A stretch of 64,000 nt of DNA from Amoebophilaceae bacterium. Its GTDB lineage: Bacteria; Bacteroidota; Bacteroidia; Cytophagales; Amoebophilaceae. Position 1 is the stretch's first letter, and the number at the start of each line of letters is the position of its first letter. Below are positions 1-11,437 of this stretch, piece by piece. The stretch lies in the NCBI GenBank assembly GCA_019744995.1, contig JAIETQ010000022.1, positions 3,543 to 67,542 on the forward strand. Direction: 5' to 3'. The notes under the pieces were generated by a model. That model did no database searches. It was not told the origin of the DNA and saw only the letters and a program-made list of their open reading frames with translations. The position numbers and the translations under genes are program-made.

Positions 1-8
1 ATTTACTC

Positions 9-365
9 ATGAATCAATTAATAAAATATGTTGAATCCGTTTGCCATCCGCAATCGGAAGAAAAATTTCCTTCTTTTAAAGCTGGAGATACCATTAATGT
101 ACATGTAAAAATACAGGAAGGCAGTAAAGTACGTATTCAGCAGTTCCAAGGCGCTGTTATTCAGCGAAAAAACAGAAATACAGCTGGAGAAACCTTTACG
201 GTGCGTAAAGTGATCAAAGAGGTAGGCGTAGAACGCATTTTTCCTTTGAATTCACCTAGCATTGACAAAATAGATGTTAAAAGCCGAGGACGTGTGCGTA
301 GAGCTAGGATCTATTACCTAAGAGGTAAACAAGGTAGAGCTGCACGTATCAAAGAATTACGATAA
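9..365 (+). CDS. rplS: 50S ribosomal protein L19
   Basis: 118-aa ORF. It has the L19 hallmark stretch FKAGDT..V.VKI.EG.K.RIQ.F.G.VI....N...ETFTVRK...GVERIFP..SP.I..I.V...G.VRRA..YYLR. Confidence 0.9.
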   Translation: MNQLIKYVESVCHPQSEEKFPSFKAGDTINVHVKIQEGSKVRIQQFQGAVIQRKNRNTAGETFTVRKVIKEVGVERIFPLNSPSIDKIDVKSRGRVRRARIYYLRGKQGRAARIKELR

Positions 366-391
366 AAAGAGCCTAATTGTATCGCCTTATT

Positions 392-464
392 GCCTCCTTA
401 GCTCAATTGGCAGAGCAACTGATTTGTAATCAGTAGGTTGCTGGTTCGATTCCGGCAGGGGGCA
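392..464 (+). tRNA. tRNA-Thr (anticodon UGU)
   Basis: Cloverleaf read by eye. Acceptor GCCTCCT pairs with AGGGGGC. The anticodon stem is actga/tcagt with loop tttgtaa, giving UGU. The T-arm is GGTTCGATTCC. Confidence 0.85.
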
Positions 465-481
465 CGTTTTATCTTCTTTTT

Positions 482-1723
482 ATGGTACACACTAAAAAGC
501 CAAGACTATCCCCTAAACATTTTTCCCTATTATTGACCAATGCCATCATTTATTTTGATAGTGTGCTGTATTGTTATCTAGTTCCTATCCTAGCCCCTCT
601 TTTCTTCCCTAATCAAACAGGTATGCTTCAAATGATCTGCGGGTATAGCGTGCTTGCTACCTCTTGCTTAGCCAAACCTTTAGGCGTACTTTTTTTTAGC
701 CATATGGCCCAACACAAAAAGGAAGGCCTAACCTTACGCATGACCCTGCTAGGGGTAAGCATAGGATTACTCGCTATCAGTTGTTTACCTACCGGTCAAA
801 CAGGATGGAAATACGGTGCTTTAGGGTTACTGGTGGCCAGAATGATCATGGATGCATCTGCAGCTGGTGAACATGCCATCGCTAAACTATACCTCATAGA
901 AAACGCCTCCACTAGATGGGCAAAAAAGCTTTCTACCTGGTATGAAATGTCTAGCATGGTAGGTATTATACTGGCAGGAGCGGTTGGCTCTTTATTTGCA
1001 TCGGCTAACCATTGGAGACCTTACTGGCGTCTGCCGTTTATCCTAGCAGGCATATTGACCTTATTGCTTATTTTCCTCAGAATGGGAAATTGCTGCACTA
1101 CACCAGACACACCTACTAAGGTTTTATTTTCTACAAGAGAAATTATGCTACACCTTTGGAAAGAACGTAGAGCCATCATACGTATAGCCATAGTAACAGG
1201 ATTTAGCTACGTTACTTATTCCATTCCCTTTGTATTTATGAACAGCTTTGTTCCACTGGTAACCAACCTATCCTATGCATCTATGATGCAGCAGAATACT
1301 CCTTTAATGATCATGGATCTATGTTTGTTGAGTGTGCTGGGAAAAGTATTACCAAAATACAACCATAACAACATCATGGCACTAGCTAGTGGCTTAATTG
1401 TTGTTTCTATAATCCCTTTATTTATAGGACTACAGGGAGCTTCTATGGTTTATATTACCTTGTTACGTTGTTGGCTCTTTGTTTTAGGGGTAATATTTTG
1501 TTCCTCTTTAACCGTTTGGTGTAAAGAACAAGTAGCACCCCATAATAGTTATTTAACCATAGGATTAGCTACGGTATTGGGTGGTAGCTTATTGGGAAAA
1601 TCGGCCCCTGCTATTTGTTTGGCTTTGTTTTATGGGTCTAATGATCTCCTCTTTCCTGCCCTTTATATAGCAGTATTAGCCTTTATGGCCACATTGGTTA
1701 TGGCTAATTCTACTTCGGAATAA
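482..1723 (+). CDS. MFS transporter (metabolite:H+ symporter / ProP-like family)
   Basis: 413-aa polytopic membrane ORF with about 12 hydrophobic segments. The N-terminal half resembles MHS/ProP-type carriers. Substrate unknown. Confidence 0.6.
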   Translation: MVHTKKPRLSPKHFSLLLTNAIIYFDSVLYCYLVPILAPLFFPNQTGMLQMICGYSVLATSCLAKPLGVLFFSHMAQHKKEGLTLRMTLLGVSIGLLAISCLPTGQTGWKYGALGLLVARMIMDASAAGEHAIAKLYLIENASTRWAKKLSTWYEMSSMVGIILAGAVGSLFASANHWRPYWRLPFILAGILTLLLIFLRMGNCCTTPDTPTKVLFSTREIMLHLWKERRAIIRIAIVTGFSYVTYSIPFVFMNSFVPLVTNLSYASMMQQNTPLMIMDLCLLSVLGKVLPKYNHNNIMALASGLIVVSIIPLFIGLQGASMVYITLLRCWLFVLGVIFCSSLTVWCKEQVAPHNSYLTIGLATVLGGSLLGKSAPAICLALFYGSNDLLFPALYIAVLAFMATLVMANSTSE

Positions 1724-1791
1724 AATCAGCATAGCAGCTATTTATTTTTAATATCAGTTAATTTTTCTTAAATTAGATATCTATAATTTAT

Positions 1792-1866
1792 GGTGAATGT
1801 AGCTCAGTTGGTTAGAGTATTGGTTTGTGGTACCAAAGGTCGCGGGTTCGAATCCCGTCTTTCACC
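1792..1866 (+). tRNA. tRNA-His (anticodon GUG)
   Basis: Has the extra 5' G(-1) typical of tRNA-His. The anticodon stem is ttggt/accaa with loop ttgtggt, giving GUG. The T-arm is GGTTCGAATCC and the discriminator is C. Confidence 0.85.
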
Positions 1867-1960
1867 CTCTTTTCTTCCTTTCTTTCGTCTAACCTTAACT
1901 TGGATTAGTGGTACTTTATTAGCTGTATATCTCCCGCTCGCCCCTTCCAATTACTTCATC

Positions 1961-3823
1961 TTGCTGGGTATACTCCTCATTAGTATAGGCTATATGGCTT
2001 GTTTTTTGCTTAAAAAAAGCAACCACCCCTCTTTTTTAGGTAGCCTAGGGCTTGTGTTACTGCTTTTAATCAGCTACGGCAGCGTATGGTTGCATAACGC
2101 TTGCGCAGCAAAAGAAAACTTTGCGCTATGGCTAGAAGATAGAGGGGGCATAACTGCATACGCCGCAACAGTTGAAAAGGTTTATAAGACAGCCCCTAAC
2201 GGAGCTACCTGCAGAGCCGCTGTAACCCACATAAAAAACCATTCCGAATGGTATGCTACTAACGGATCAACCTATCTTTGTTTGGCTCAAAAAAAAGCCT
2301 ATAGTCCTAAACCAGGAGATCAACTACTGATTCGTGGTCAGCCGAATAAAAACAGCCCTACACTGATGGAGGGTTGGGATTTTATCGCTTTGAAGCCACC
2401 CTTAGGCTGTTGGCAATCTCATAGAGCGATCCAACAGTGGTGTATAAAACAAATAGCAATATATGTAAAGCATTCATCTGCTATCGCGTTGATAGAAGCC
2501 TTGTTGTTTAATGACAAAGAACAGCTGCATCCTACTTTACGTGCAGCTTATGCAAAAACTGGCACCATACATGCCTTAGCTGTTTCTGGCTTGCATGTAG
2601 GTATGCTTTATATCATATTGCATACCCCCCTACGATGGTTGTTTAACCAGATCAGATGGTCTATCTCCCCTACCCTTTTTGTACTTCTTTTGCTATGGTA
2701 TTATACTTGGTTGTGCCAATATGGTCCTCCGGTACTACGTGCTACGATTATGACTACTATGGCTAAATGTGGATGGATAATGGGGAGGGCAACCAGTTCG
2801 TATCATACTATTTTTGTTTCCGCTTTTTTACTGTTAGTTTGGGATCCATGGCTATTGTTCAGTTGTAGCTTCCAACTTTCTTATGTGGCTACTTTGGCTA
2901 TACTATACCTACACCCCCACCTCTACCGTGCTATAACGATACCAAATTATGGGTTACAAAAATTATGGCATGCTACTTCTTTATCCATTGCTGCACAAGT
3001 AGGTACGATGCCCCTGATGCTATACTATTTTAAACAATTTCCGCTCTATTTTATCTTGGCTAATTGGATCGTGGTGCCTTCTATTTTTGTGATACTTATA
3101 TTGAGTTTAATCTTAATAATCAGCAGTCCTATGCCACTGATAAGCCAGCTAATAGGCTACTTATTAGATAGACTTATTCTATTAACCAATAGCTTTGTGC
3201 ATTGGGTTGCTTCGTGGCCCTTAAGTATAATAGAAACAGATGGGGTAGATCGTTTTTCAGTCGGCTTACTATATGGCTTACTTATAGCTACCTATCTTTT
3301 TTTTACGTACAAGCAACTCCTATATGGCTGCATGGTAAGTCTATTTATCGGCTTACATGCTTTAAAACAGATCCTATCCATACGATCAACCCAATACAGC
3401 GCTCAGTTGATTTGCTATAACAACCAAGGTTTAACCTTCACATTAAAAGATGCTACCACCACTATACACGCCCCAGATGATTTACAGCAACAGCTTGCCT
3501 ACATAAGGCATAGCCCGGAATGGACAACCGCAGCTTGGCATGGAAAGCTGCTGGTTGCTGTTAATAAGCTCTCTCCTGATTGGTATGGATGGAATAGCCA
3601 ACCACTATCGGCAGATTATCTCTTAATCCCAGAAGATCTCTTAAAAGATATAGAAATACTCACCAAGGTTTTTAAGGTTAAAACCTTGGTAGTATATGGA
3701 AAAGAAGCAAGAAGATTAACTCCTACTTGCAAGAAGATGGTTACTCAACTGGCTATAGCTATCATTTGGTTAAAACCTAATGAACAGCAAGTAAGCTGTT
3801 GGAAAATAGAGGAATTTTTGTAG
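1961..3823 (+). CDS. comEC: ComEC/Rec2-family competence (DNA internalisation) membrane protein
   Basis: Polytopic ORF with the ComEC competence-domain motif HALAVSGLHVG. The ORF-track start at 1790 lies inside tRNA-His, so the real start must be downstream. Candidates are TTG 1961 and ATG 1994. The start is unresolved. Confidence 0.7.
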   Translation: MLGILLISIGYMACFLLKKSNHPSFLGSLGLVLLLLISYGSVWLHNACAAKENFALWLEDRGGITAYAATVEKVYKTAPNGATCRAAVTHIKNHSEWYATNGSTYLCLAQKKAYSPKPGDQLLIRGQPNKNSPTLMEGWDFIALKPPLGCWQSHRAIQQWCIKQIAIYVKHSSAIALIEALLFNDKEQLHPTLRAAYAKTGTIHALAVSGLHVGMLYIILHTPLRWLFNQIRWSISPTLFVLLLLWYYTWLCQYGPPVLRATIMTTMAKCGWIMGRATSSYHTIFVSAFLLLVWDPWLLFSCSFQLSYVATLAILYLHPHLYRAITIPNYGLQKLWHATSLSIAAQVGTMPLMLYYFKQFPLYFILANWIVVPSIFVILILSLILIISSPMPLISQLIGYLLDRLILLTNSFVHWVASWPLSIIETDGVDRFSVGLLYGLLIATYLFFTYKQLLYGCMVSLFIGLHALKQILSIRSTQYSAQLICYNNQGLTFTLKDATTTIHAPDDLQQQLAYIRHSPEWTTAAWHGKLLVAVNKLSPDWYGWNSQPLSADYLLIPEDLLKDIEILTKVFKVKTLVVYGKEARRLTPTCKKMVTQLAIAIIWLKPNEQQVSCWKIEEFL

Positions 3824-3958
3824 TGGCAGACTACTCCTTCCAATAGGTAGTAATAATAAATAATTTATCTCCTCTTTGACAAGTAATAACGCATAACTGT
3901 TTATTGGACAAGAAGCCTTCTATCGGAATAATAGTTAATTGATCTAGCAGGTGGGTAT

Positions 3959-5530
3959 CTATAGGATATGCCTTGGTATTAGATAGCAGTAGATCAACCA
4001 TTTGTTTTTTACGAATAGACCTTTGCTGCATGCGCGCTCTGGCATGTTTTGTAATAAATAAACGTTTACCATAGATCTTAGATAAGCTACTATCCTGTGA
4101 TTTAGCCGCTTAGCCGCAATAAATTCTTGTAGGTCATCTAAAAAGAACAGAATTGCTAACATAGCTAATGCATAGGCTTCTAACGTAGCATACAAACCTT
4201 GATGGGCTTTTACCTTAGCTAAACATAATACTTCATAAACCTCTGGTAAACGAATGTCAAAGGATTGAAGCTTTTTAACCATCAATGCAGCGGCTTCTAG
4301 CTGATTATGGTGTGTCGCATACCATAAAACACCATGGTTGTATTTATCTTGCGCTAATAAAGCAGAGCCATTAGGGATAAGTAAACCAATCAAATCTATA
4401 CTGACATACCCTAAACTTAACGCATATAATAAAGGGGTGAGGTTTTTGCCACCAAGTAATCGACTAAGATCTGCTCCGGCTTCTATTAAATCTTGGACAA
4501 TGGCTGTATGATTCTTTTCTATCGCATAAGATAGGGGATTCTTTCTTTCATGATCTAGCTGATTGATCTCATCTGGTGTAGCTCTTGCTAGCAAGAGTGC
4601 TAAAATTTCTCGATTTCCTGTTGCTACAGCAGTAGATAAAGGAATAGCCATAACAGCTTTTTGTTGCATGCATAAGCGCACAATGGCTACATGACCAGAT
4701 TCTACAGCATGGAATAAGCATGTTTTTCCTTGATCATCTGGAATTCCTAAATAATAAGCTAACCGTTGTACTAAATAGTTTGCTGGTTCAGATTGTCCCA
4801 ATTGGGCACATTTATTTTGAATAAACTCAAGTAAGGATGCTCTGTTTTTTTCTCCTTCTTGCATCAAACGTTTAGGAAGACCCATAGCAGGCAATAATTT
4901 ATCAGCAATGGTTTTAGATTTTTTAGCTCTATTCAAAACATACTTGAACAGTTTGATATATTCTTTTAAGGTCAGTGTATCAAGAAAAGGATGCGCCTCC
5001 AGCAACAGCTGAATAGTAACGTAACAAACAACGGGCTGTTGATCCTTGCTATCTAATGTGTGCTCTTCTAGTCTACTCAAAGCAAAAGACAAAAGGGATA
5101 CGCCATGACTGGTCGCATTAACATCAGCACCTGCTTTTATTAATTGTTGAGCGATTTTCAAATGACCTTTTTGAATAGCATAAAATAAAGGCGTTAGGTG
5201 GCTATTGAATGTAGCATCAGGGTCTATCCCATACTTCAATAACTTGGCTACTAAATCTTCATAGCCATATGCTACACAATAAGATAAAAGGGTTCTACCA
5301 TAGGGTTTTATATGATTGATTGCTTGCAGCTCTGAAAAACCTTCTCCTATAATTCTTTTGTTATGATCTGGGATAACTTCCTTCAACCAGATCTCATCGA
5401 TATAAGATAGGGTAGTTCTATCTTTATATCTTTTATGATGAATGTTTTGATTAGATACTAATGCCTCTAGGAAAATAAGTTGTGGTACAACTAAAAAGCT
5501 TCTAGCGATATAAATAAAGTGTATATTCAT
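3959..5530 (-). CDS. ankyrin-repeat protein
   Basis: Multiple ANK repeats (..TPL..A...GH..I...LI.AGAD.N.). Colinear paralog of the 12842-14629 gene. The small overlapping ORF 3831-4031 in another frame suggests a 3' frameshift or a split C-terminus. Confidence 0.8.
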   Translation of the reverse strand: MNIHFIYIARSFLVVPQLIFLEALVSNQNIHHKRYKDRTTLSYIDEIWLKEVIPDHNKRIIGEGFSELQAINHIKPYGRTLLSYCVAYGYEDLVAKLLKYGIDPDATFNSHLTPLFYAIQKGHLKIAQQLIKAGADVNATSHGVSLLSFALSRLEEHTLDSKDQQPVVCYVTIQLLLEAHPFLDTLTLKEYIKLFKYVLNRAKKSKTIADKLLPAMGLPKRLMQEGEKNRASLLEFIQNKCAQLGQSEPANYLVQRLAYYLGIPDDQGKTCLFHAVESGHVAIVRLCMQQKAVMAIPLSTAVATGNREILALLLARATPDEINQLDHERKNPLSYAIEKNHTAIVQDLIEAGADLSRLLGGKNLTPLLYALSLGYVSIDLIGLLIPNGSALLAQDKYNHGVLWYATHHNQLEAAALMVKKLQSFDIRLPEVYEVLCLAKVKAHQGLYATLEAYALAMLAILFFLDDLQEFIAAKRLNHRIVAYLRSMVNVYLLQNMPERACSKGLFVKNKWLIYCYLIPRHIL

Positions 5531-5615
5531 AACTAACGCCTGTTCTAGATTACAGTATGGGCTTTTTCCAAATTTTACTCGCCCCAGTGCCTTATGCTAG
5601 AGCCTTTAAATAGCG

Positions 5616-7019
5616 TTAAGTATCCAAAGGTTTGTAGGCTATGGGAATAGTCTGAGGCCTAATAAACCGCAGCCATAAGATTTGACGGGGCTCTATAGCC
5701 ATTGTTTTAGACATCCTATTTTTTTCTAAAAGCGCAGACAGCCTTATACCATATTTTTGAGCAATACGCCATAAAGTGTCTCCTGATTCTACTACATGGT
5801 AATGAACCATTGCTTTGCTTTCTTTTTGACTAAAATAGTAGACACTTCCAGCCATCAGCTCCTTTTCTTTTTTTATTTCATTGATAAGAAGAAATTTTTC
5901 TACGGTACAATTAGCTAATTTGGCTAATTGCGCTAGCTTATCTCCTTTTTTTGCGACAACAGCCAATTTCCCATTAGCCTTAATTAACCGAGCAGAACGT
6001 GGATCGTTACAAGGGGTAAGCAGCGGAAAGCGGGGGTTGTTTTTAAGGTATTTTTCATAGTTGATGCTATGCTGAGGTAGTTGTTGCTTTTTTTTCGCTA
6101 CAATCCCCGTTTTTTTAGATAGAGGCAATATCCGTTGTAACTTAATAGGCATTTTTAATACAGAAGAGCGATGAAAATGAGCATGTGTATGTAAGAATGG
6201 AACGACTAAAGGACAAGAGACATTATGAGGGATGCTAGCCACCCTAAGCCAACAATTATGCTCTCGCAATAACTTCTCTTCTATTTTTAAATGGTTAGCA
6301 ATATCTTGTAATTTATGACCATGGTAACCTTCGTTGTAGAGACATAATCGCAAAGTTGGATGCTGCTTTTTACCCGCCACCTGTTCAAATGCTATTTTGT
6401 TGGCTAAAACATAGAGGATATAGGGGTCTGTGGTATGATCTAAACGGATCTTCTTTATGCCATGGTATTTTTTAGGAAAGATTCTTGCTGCTCCTCCCCT
6501 ACCCCTATTATAGGCAAGCATAGCGCCTAGCCAACTATTAAAATAGCGATAATTGTCTTTTAAAAAATGGGCAGCGGCTCTAGTAGACTTAATCAGATGC
6601 ATTCTTTCATCTACTGCATCATCTATTTTTAATCGTAAACTTAACGCGGTGATCTTCTGAATTTGCCAATAGCCTAAATCATTGGTATGGCTCAACGCAT
6701 TACCTATGAGCATACTCTCGTGTAAGGCTTGATATTTAAAATCATCCGGAACAGACTCTTCGGCTAATACTTTTTCTATCAGTGGAAAAACAAGGTTCAT
6801 TCTTTCTAATAACCTATCAAACGATTTATTAAATATAGTTAGGTTATTAACCTTCGCCTGTACACGTTTACGTGCCATAGGCGCCAACTCTAACCGTAAA
6901 TCTGCAAAATGAACTACATGGGGAACAATAACTTGTTTTTGTAAACCAGCAGATTTTACCTTATAAGGAAGAGCGTAAATAACAATAAAAAGCAATAAAC
7001 ATTGTATATAATAGATCAT
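5616..7019 (-). CDS. membrane-bound lytic murein transglycosylase (MltD-like) with C-terminal LysM domains
   Basis: N-terminal signal/anchor. SLT-type motifs are present (catalytic ES, GYWQI, AYN.G). Two LysM-like segments occur, e.g. YHVVESGDTLWRIAQKYGI. Confidence 0.75.
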   Translation of the reverse strand: MIYYIQCLLLFIVIYALPYKVKSAGLQKQVIVPHVVHFADLRLELAPMARKRVQAKVNNLTIFNKSFDRLLERMNLVFPLIEKVLAEESVPDDFKYQALHESMLIGNALSHTNDLGYWQIQKITALSLRLKIDDAVDERMHLIKSTRAAAHFLKDNYRYFNSWLGAMLAYNRGRGGAARIFPKKYHGIKKIRLDHTTDPYILYVLANKIAFEQVAGKKQHPTLRLCLYNEGYHGHKLQDIANHLKIEEKLLREHNCWLRVASIPHNVSCPLVVPFLHTHAHFHRSSVLKMPIKLQRILPLSKKTGIVAKKKQQLPQHSINYEKYLKNNPRFPLLTPCNDPRSARLIKANGKLAVVAKKGDKLAQLAKLANCTVEKFLLINEIKKEKELMAGSVYYFSQKESKAMVHYHVVESGDTLWRIAQKYGIRLSALLEKNRMSKTMAIEPRQILWLRFIRPQTIPIAYKPLDT

Positions 7020-7031
7020 TATCTATGATTT

Positions 7032-9863
7032 TTATAGCTTACGTTGGATTTCTTTTTTTTCAAAACCTGCTATAATATCCCCAACTTCTATGGCATCAAA
7101 ATTTTTGATGTGTATACCACATTCTGAAATCGATTTTACTTGTTTTACCTCCTCCAGTCCATGCTTGATGGTACGAATAAAACCAGTAAATACAATCTCT
7201 TCTTTTCTAATAACATGTATAGGATTTAAAAATTTAATAAAACCTGTTTGTACCTGACAACCGGCAATATTACCTACTTTTGAAATAGGAAAAACTTTCT
7301 TGACCTCAGCACGACCAGTAGGAACCTCTTCTATTATAGGCACTAAAAGCCCTTGTAATACCTCACGTATACCATCTATAGCATCGTATATAATGGCATA
7401 CTGCTTAATTAAGACTCCTTCTCTTTCTGCTAATTTCTTTACCTGTGCAGGTAATTTAATATGAAAAGAGATAATCATTGCATCAGAAGCAGAAGCAGAA
7501 GCAAGCAAGACATCAGACTCAGAAACAGCTCCTACACATTTATGTAGTATATTGATTTGTACCTCTTCATGAGATAGCTTAAGTAATGAATCTGCCAATG
7601 CTTCAATCGAACCATCTACATCTCCTTTGATAATCAGATTCAGCTGCTGAAAGTTTCCTACCGCCAACCTACGTCCAATTTCATCTAGTGTAAGATGTGA
7701 TTTAGTACGTAATGTTTGCTCACGTAATAACTGATGCTTCTTCTGCGCAAGATCTGTCGCCTCTTTGATGCTACTCATCACACGAAACGCATCTCCAGCT
7801 CTAGGTGCACCATTCAATCCCAATAACTGAACAGGTGTTGCGGGAAGTGCGTTGTCACGTGCAAGACCTTGATGATTTAACATCGCCTTCACTTTACCGT
7901 AGTAGATACCAGCCAACACAATATCCCCTACACGCAAGGTGCCATCCTGAACCATTACGGTAGATATATACCCTCTACCTGCATCTAGCAATGAGTCGAT
8001 AACCACCCCTTTTGCTTGTCTAGCAGGGACTGCCTTTAACTCTAATAAAGAAGCCTCTAATAAAATCTTTTCTAAAAGGTCATTAACGCCTTGACCGGTT
8101 TTAGCAGAAATTTCTTGACATTGATACTTTCCTCCCCAATCTTCTACTAAGATATTTTGATTGGCTAATGCTTCTTTTACTTTCTCTGGATTAGCTTGAG
8201 GCTTGTCTATTTTATTTATGGCAATGATAATAGGACAACCCGCTACTTGAGCATGGCTAATAGCCTCCTTAGTCTGAACCATAACCCCATCATCTGCAGC
8301 CACTACAATAATAATGATATCGGTCACTTTAGCACCTCTTGTACGCATAGCAGTAAAAGCTTCATGGCCGGGTGTATCTAAGAATACAACCGTCTTTCCA
8401 CTATCTGTAACGATATCATAGGCACCGATATGTTGGGTAATACCCCCTGCCTCTTTTGCGGTTACTTTTGTGGTACGAATATAGTCCAACAAAGAGGTTT
8501 TCCCATGATCAACATGGCCCATAATCGTCACAATAGGTGGACGCTCTACCTGATCACCACTATAATCGGTTTCTTCGACAGGCTCTCCATCGTGGACATC
8601 GACAAAGGCTACATCATAACCGAACTCATCCGCAACAACGGTAATGGTTTCTGCATCTAATCGTTGATTAATAGATACAATCATCCCCATAGAGATACAA
8701 GCAGAAAGTACCTCATTAACAGGAACCCCCATAAAAGATGCCAATTCATTAGCCGAAATAAATTCGGTTATCTTTAAAACTTTTGAGGCTACTTTTTCTT
8801 CTTCTTTACGTTTATCTTCAGCTTCTAAATTAGCCTTACGCCTATCTTTTTTATACTTAGCACGTGTACTATCTCTACCGGCTTCATTATCTTGATTAAG
8901 CTTTACTAGGGTTTGTTTGATTTGTCTTTCTATTTCCTGAGGAGATATGCCTTCTTTATTTTCAACTACTTTTTTGTTAGGATGTTTGTCTTTACCGGTT
9001 AATAGCCCTACTGGTCTAACTGGTCGATTTTTTTTATTAAACCTACCTACATAATTAGAGCCGGTATTTTTTTCGTTACTTTTTTTTACTACCCCTGTTT
9101 TTGAAGGCGTAACCGGAGCATTGGGCTTCCTTAAAGAAGGGGCTAGCAGATCATATTTTTTAGGAGTCGTATCTTTTGAACTCCGGTTAGAGCTATAGTC
9201 TGGCAAAATGACTTTACCTACTACCGTAAGTTTTTTTAAGTCAGCCAAATGATCAAAGGCTATCTTATTGTCTTTAGCCACTGTCTCCTCTGGAGCTATA
9301 GCTTTATCTTCAGGCTTTGCTGGAACTACAGGCTCATTAGCAGGGGGGCTTAACCTAACAGGGAGCTTATCTTCTACAAGAGAAGCCACCTCAGCGGGCT
9401 TATCTACAACCGGTTTAGCCTTAACTATAACTTTTTTAGCGGTCAAATTAACCTTACCAACTGTCTTTAAACCAGGCAAATCAGGAACATCAGAGGGATA
9501 ATCAATGTATGACTTTGACTTGGAAAGGTTTTGATCTGGAACAGGTGGCTCTTCAACCTCTACCGCTAGATTACTTTTTTCTTTTACAGGATCTACAGAA
9601 GTATCTTCTATTTCATTACCACTGACTGGAGCAAAAAGACTGGCATATGTTTTCCCAATGGTAACATGGGCAGCTTCTTGCTTATCCACACCAGATGAGG
9701 TAAATTCTGCAGCAAGTAATTCAAACTGCTGAATGTTTATCTTTGAGTTAGGATTGTTATCAATAACATAACCTTTCTTGGCTAAGAAAGAAACAATGGT
9801 ATCTGTTGCCACATTTAACTTCCTTGCTACTTGGCTAAGTCGCATATTTTTTTCTTTGTTCAT
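7032..9863 (-). CDS. infB: translation initiation factor IF-2
   Basis: 943 aa. GTPase motifs [13 protein letters not shown] and NKID, preceded by a long low-complexity N-terminal region. Lies downstream of nusA as usual. Confidence 0.95.
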   Translation of the reverse strand: MNKEKNMRLSQVARKLNVATDTIVSFLAKKGYVIDNNPNSKINIQQFELLAAEFTSSGVDKQEAAHVTIGKTYASLFAPVSGNEIEDTSVDPVKEKSNLAVEVEEPPVPDQNLSKSKSYIDYPSDVPDLPGLKTVGKVNLTAKKVIVKAKPVVDKPAEVASLVEDKLPVRLSPPANEPVVPAKPEDKAIAPEETVAKDNKIAFDHLADLKKLTVVGKVILPDYSSNRSSKDTTPKKYDLLAPSLRKPNAPVTPSKTGVVKKSNEKNTGSNYVGRFNKKNRPVRPVGLLTGKDKHPNKKVVENKEGISPQEIERQIKQTLVKLNQDNEAGRDSTRAKYKKDRRKANLEAEDKRKEEEKVASKVLKITEFISANELASFMGVPVNEVLSACISMGMIVSINQRLDAETITVVADEFGYDVAFVDVHDGEPVEETDYSGDQVERPPIVTIMGHVDHGKTSLLDYIRTTKVTAKEAGGITQHIGAYDIVTDSGKTVVFLDTPGHEAFTAMRTRGAKVTDIIIIVVAADDGVMVQTKEAISHAQVAGCPIIIAINKIDKPQANPEKVKEALANQNILVEDWGGKYQCQEISAKTGQGVNDLLEKILLEASLLELKAVPARQAKGVVIDSLLDAGRGYISTVMVQDGTLRVGDIVLAGIYYGKVKAMLNHQGLARDNALPATPVQLLGLNGAPRAGDAFRVMSSIKEATDLAQKKHQLLREQTLRTKSHLTLDEIGRRLAVGNFQQLNLIIKGDVDGSIEALADSLLKLSHEEVQINILHKCVGAVSESDVLLASASASDAMIISFHIKLPAQVKKLAEREGVLIKQYAIIYDAIDGIREVLQGLLVPIIEEVPTGRAEVKKVFPISKVGNIAGCQVQTGFIKFLNPIHVIRKEEIVFTGFIRTIKHGLEEVKQVKSISECGIHIKNFDAIEVGDIIAGFEKKEIQRKL

Positions 9864-9940
9864 AGGTTACTTTTACACTACCTAGAGATATGTTACAGGA
9901 TTGGCAAATAAATTATTTCTTTGTAAAAACTACATCTACA

Positions 9941-11185
9941 TCAGCGATCATGAAGGGATTGATCTAGTATAGCATACATCTGATCGATGACTTCTTTATC
10001 AAGATCAAGATGCGCTTCAACCATTTCTTTAGACGCCTCTAGCACACTTCTAGCGGTATCTAACCCTATTTCGTAACATTTTTCTAAAATTGATTCATCA
10101 ATAACATCACTAAATTCAGCTAAGGGAATATCGTTGTTTTCTAGTGACCTAGATAGATCTCGATACACATCTATCTCTTTACCAAGAAGTTTACCAGCTA
10201 ATTTAATATTTTGGCCCAATTTACCAATAGCCAGTGCCACTTGATCTGCATCTAAATAAACAGAAATTCTTTCATCATGCTGCTCCACACGATTGATACA
10301 GGCAGGACTCAACACACGAGAAATATAAAGCTCCATGTTATGGGTATAATTGACAATATCAATATTCTCAAACTTCAACTCTTTAGTAATGCCATGTATA
10401 CGAGAACCTTTAATACCTACACAAGCCCCAACAGGATCAATTCTATCATTATAAGACTCAACCGCTACTTTTGCACGTACACCTGGCTCTCTTACGACCT
10501 TTTTGATAGCAATAAGACCATCTTGGATTTCAGGAATTTCATGTTCAAACAATCGTTCCAAAAAAAGTGGTGAAGTTCTAGAAAGAATAATTCTAAGCAC
10601 CGCATTATTAAACTCTATTTTATGGATCACCGCACGCACGGGCTCTCCTTTTTTAAAGTGATCTTTAGGGATTTGTTCAGATTTTGGCAGAAAGAGCTCA
10701 TTATTTTCATCATCCAATAAAATAATTTCCCGGCTTAAAATTTGATTCACCTTAGCACAGATCAAACAACCCACTAATACTTCATATTTATTATAAAGTG
10801 CTTCCTTTTCTAATTCTCGGACTTTTTGTATGAGTATTTGCTTGGCAAATTGAACCGTCCTTCTACTAAAAGCAGCTATATTCACTTCTTCAGAAAGTTC
10901 TTCTCCTAATTCAAAATCTTTTTCTATTTTTCTTGCTTCGGAAAGAGCTACTTTACCAGGTGTAGCAACTTCTGGATCATTATCATCTACAATTTCTCGT
11001 AACCGCCATATTTGCAAATCTCCTTTGTCTAGGTTAATAATAATATCACAATTACTCCCACTACCAAATTTATTAAGAATAATAGCGCGAAATACATCTT
11101 CTAAAATACGTATAATAGTAGGCCTATCAACATTTTTAGATCTTACAAAATCTGCGAATGACTTTACTAAATTATTGCTATCCAT
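9941..11185 (-). CDS. nusA: transcription termination/antitermination factor NusA
   Basis: 414 aa with S1 and KH domain signatures (DPVGACVG.KG.RI, ALAIGK.GQN..LA..L). Conserved nusA-infB order. Confidence 0.95.
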   Translation of the reverse strand: MDSNNLVKSFADFVRSKNVDRPTIIRILEDVFRAIILNKFGSGSNCDIIINLDKGDLQIWRLREIVDDNDPEVATPGKVALSEARKIEKDFELGEELSEEVNIAAFSRRTVQFAKQILIQKVRELEKEALYNKYEVLVGCLICAKVNQILSREIILLDDENNELFLPKSEQIPKDHFKKGEPVRAVIHKIEFNNAVLRIILSRTSPLFLERLFEHEIPEIQDGLIAIKKVVREPGVRAKVAVESYNDRIDPVGACVGIKGSRIHGITKELKFENIDIVNYTHNMELYISRVLSPACINRVEQHDERISVYLDADQVALAIGKLGQNIKLAGKLLGKEIDVYRDLSRSLENNDIPLAEFSDVIDESILEKCYEIGLDTARSVLEASKEMVEAHLDLDKEVIDQMYAILDQSLHDR

Positions 11186-11437
11186 CTATCAATAAAACTT
11201 AAGAACTAGTTAACCACTAGTATTAATACAGTAAGAAACCTTACCTAGGCTATATGGGTGATATATCTATAATACCACAACTTAAAAAAATAAGACATAA
11301 AAGCATTATGTATGACCCATTAAAATCGAATAAACAGGCCTACTAATATTATGCAGCTATTTTTAAAATCTTTACAAGCTAAAAGCTGGAGTATGTAGAA
11401 CAGCACAAGATACAAAAAATATTTATCTTACCCACTC

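Noticed and set aside
1790-1866. ORF-track start of the ComEC ORF at 1790
   Set aside because: The first 25 codons are the translation of tRNA-His. The real start must lie downstream of 1866.
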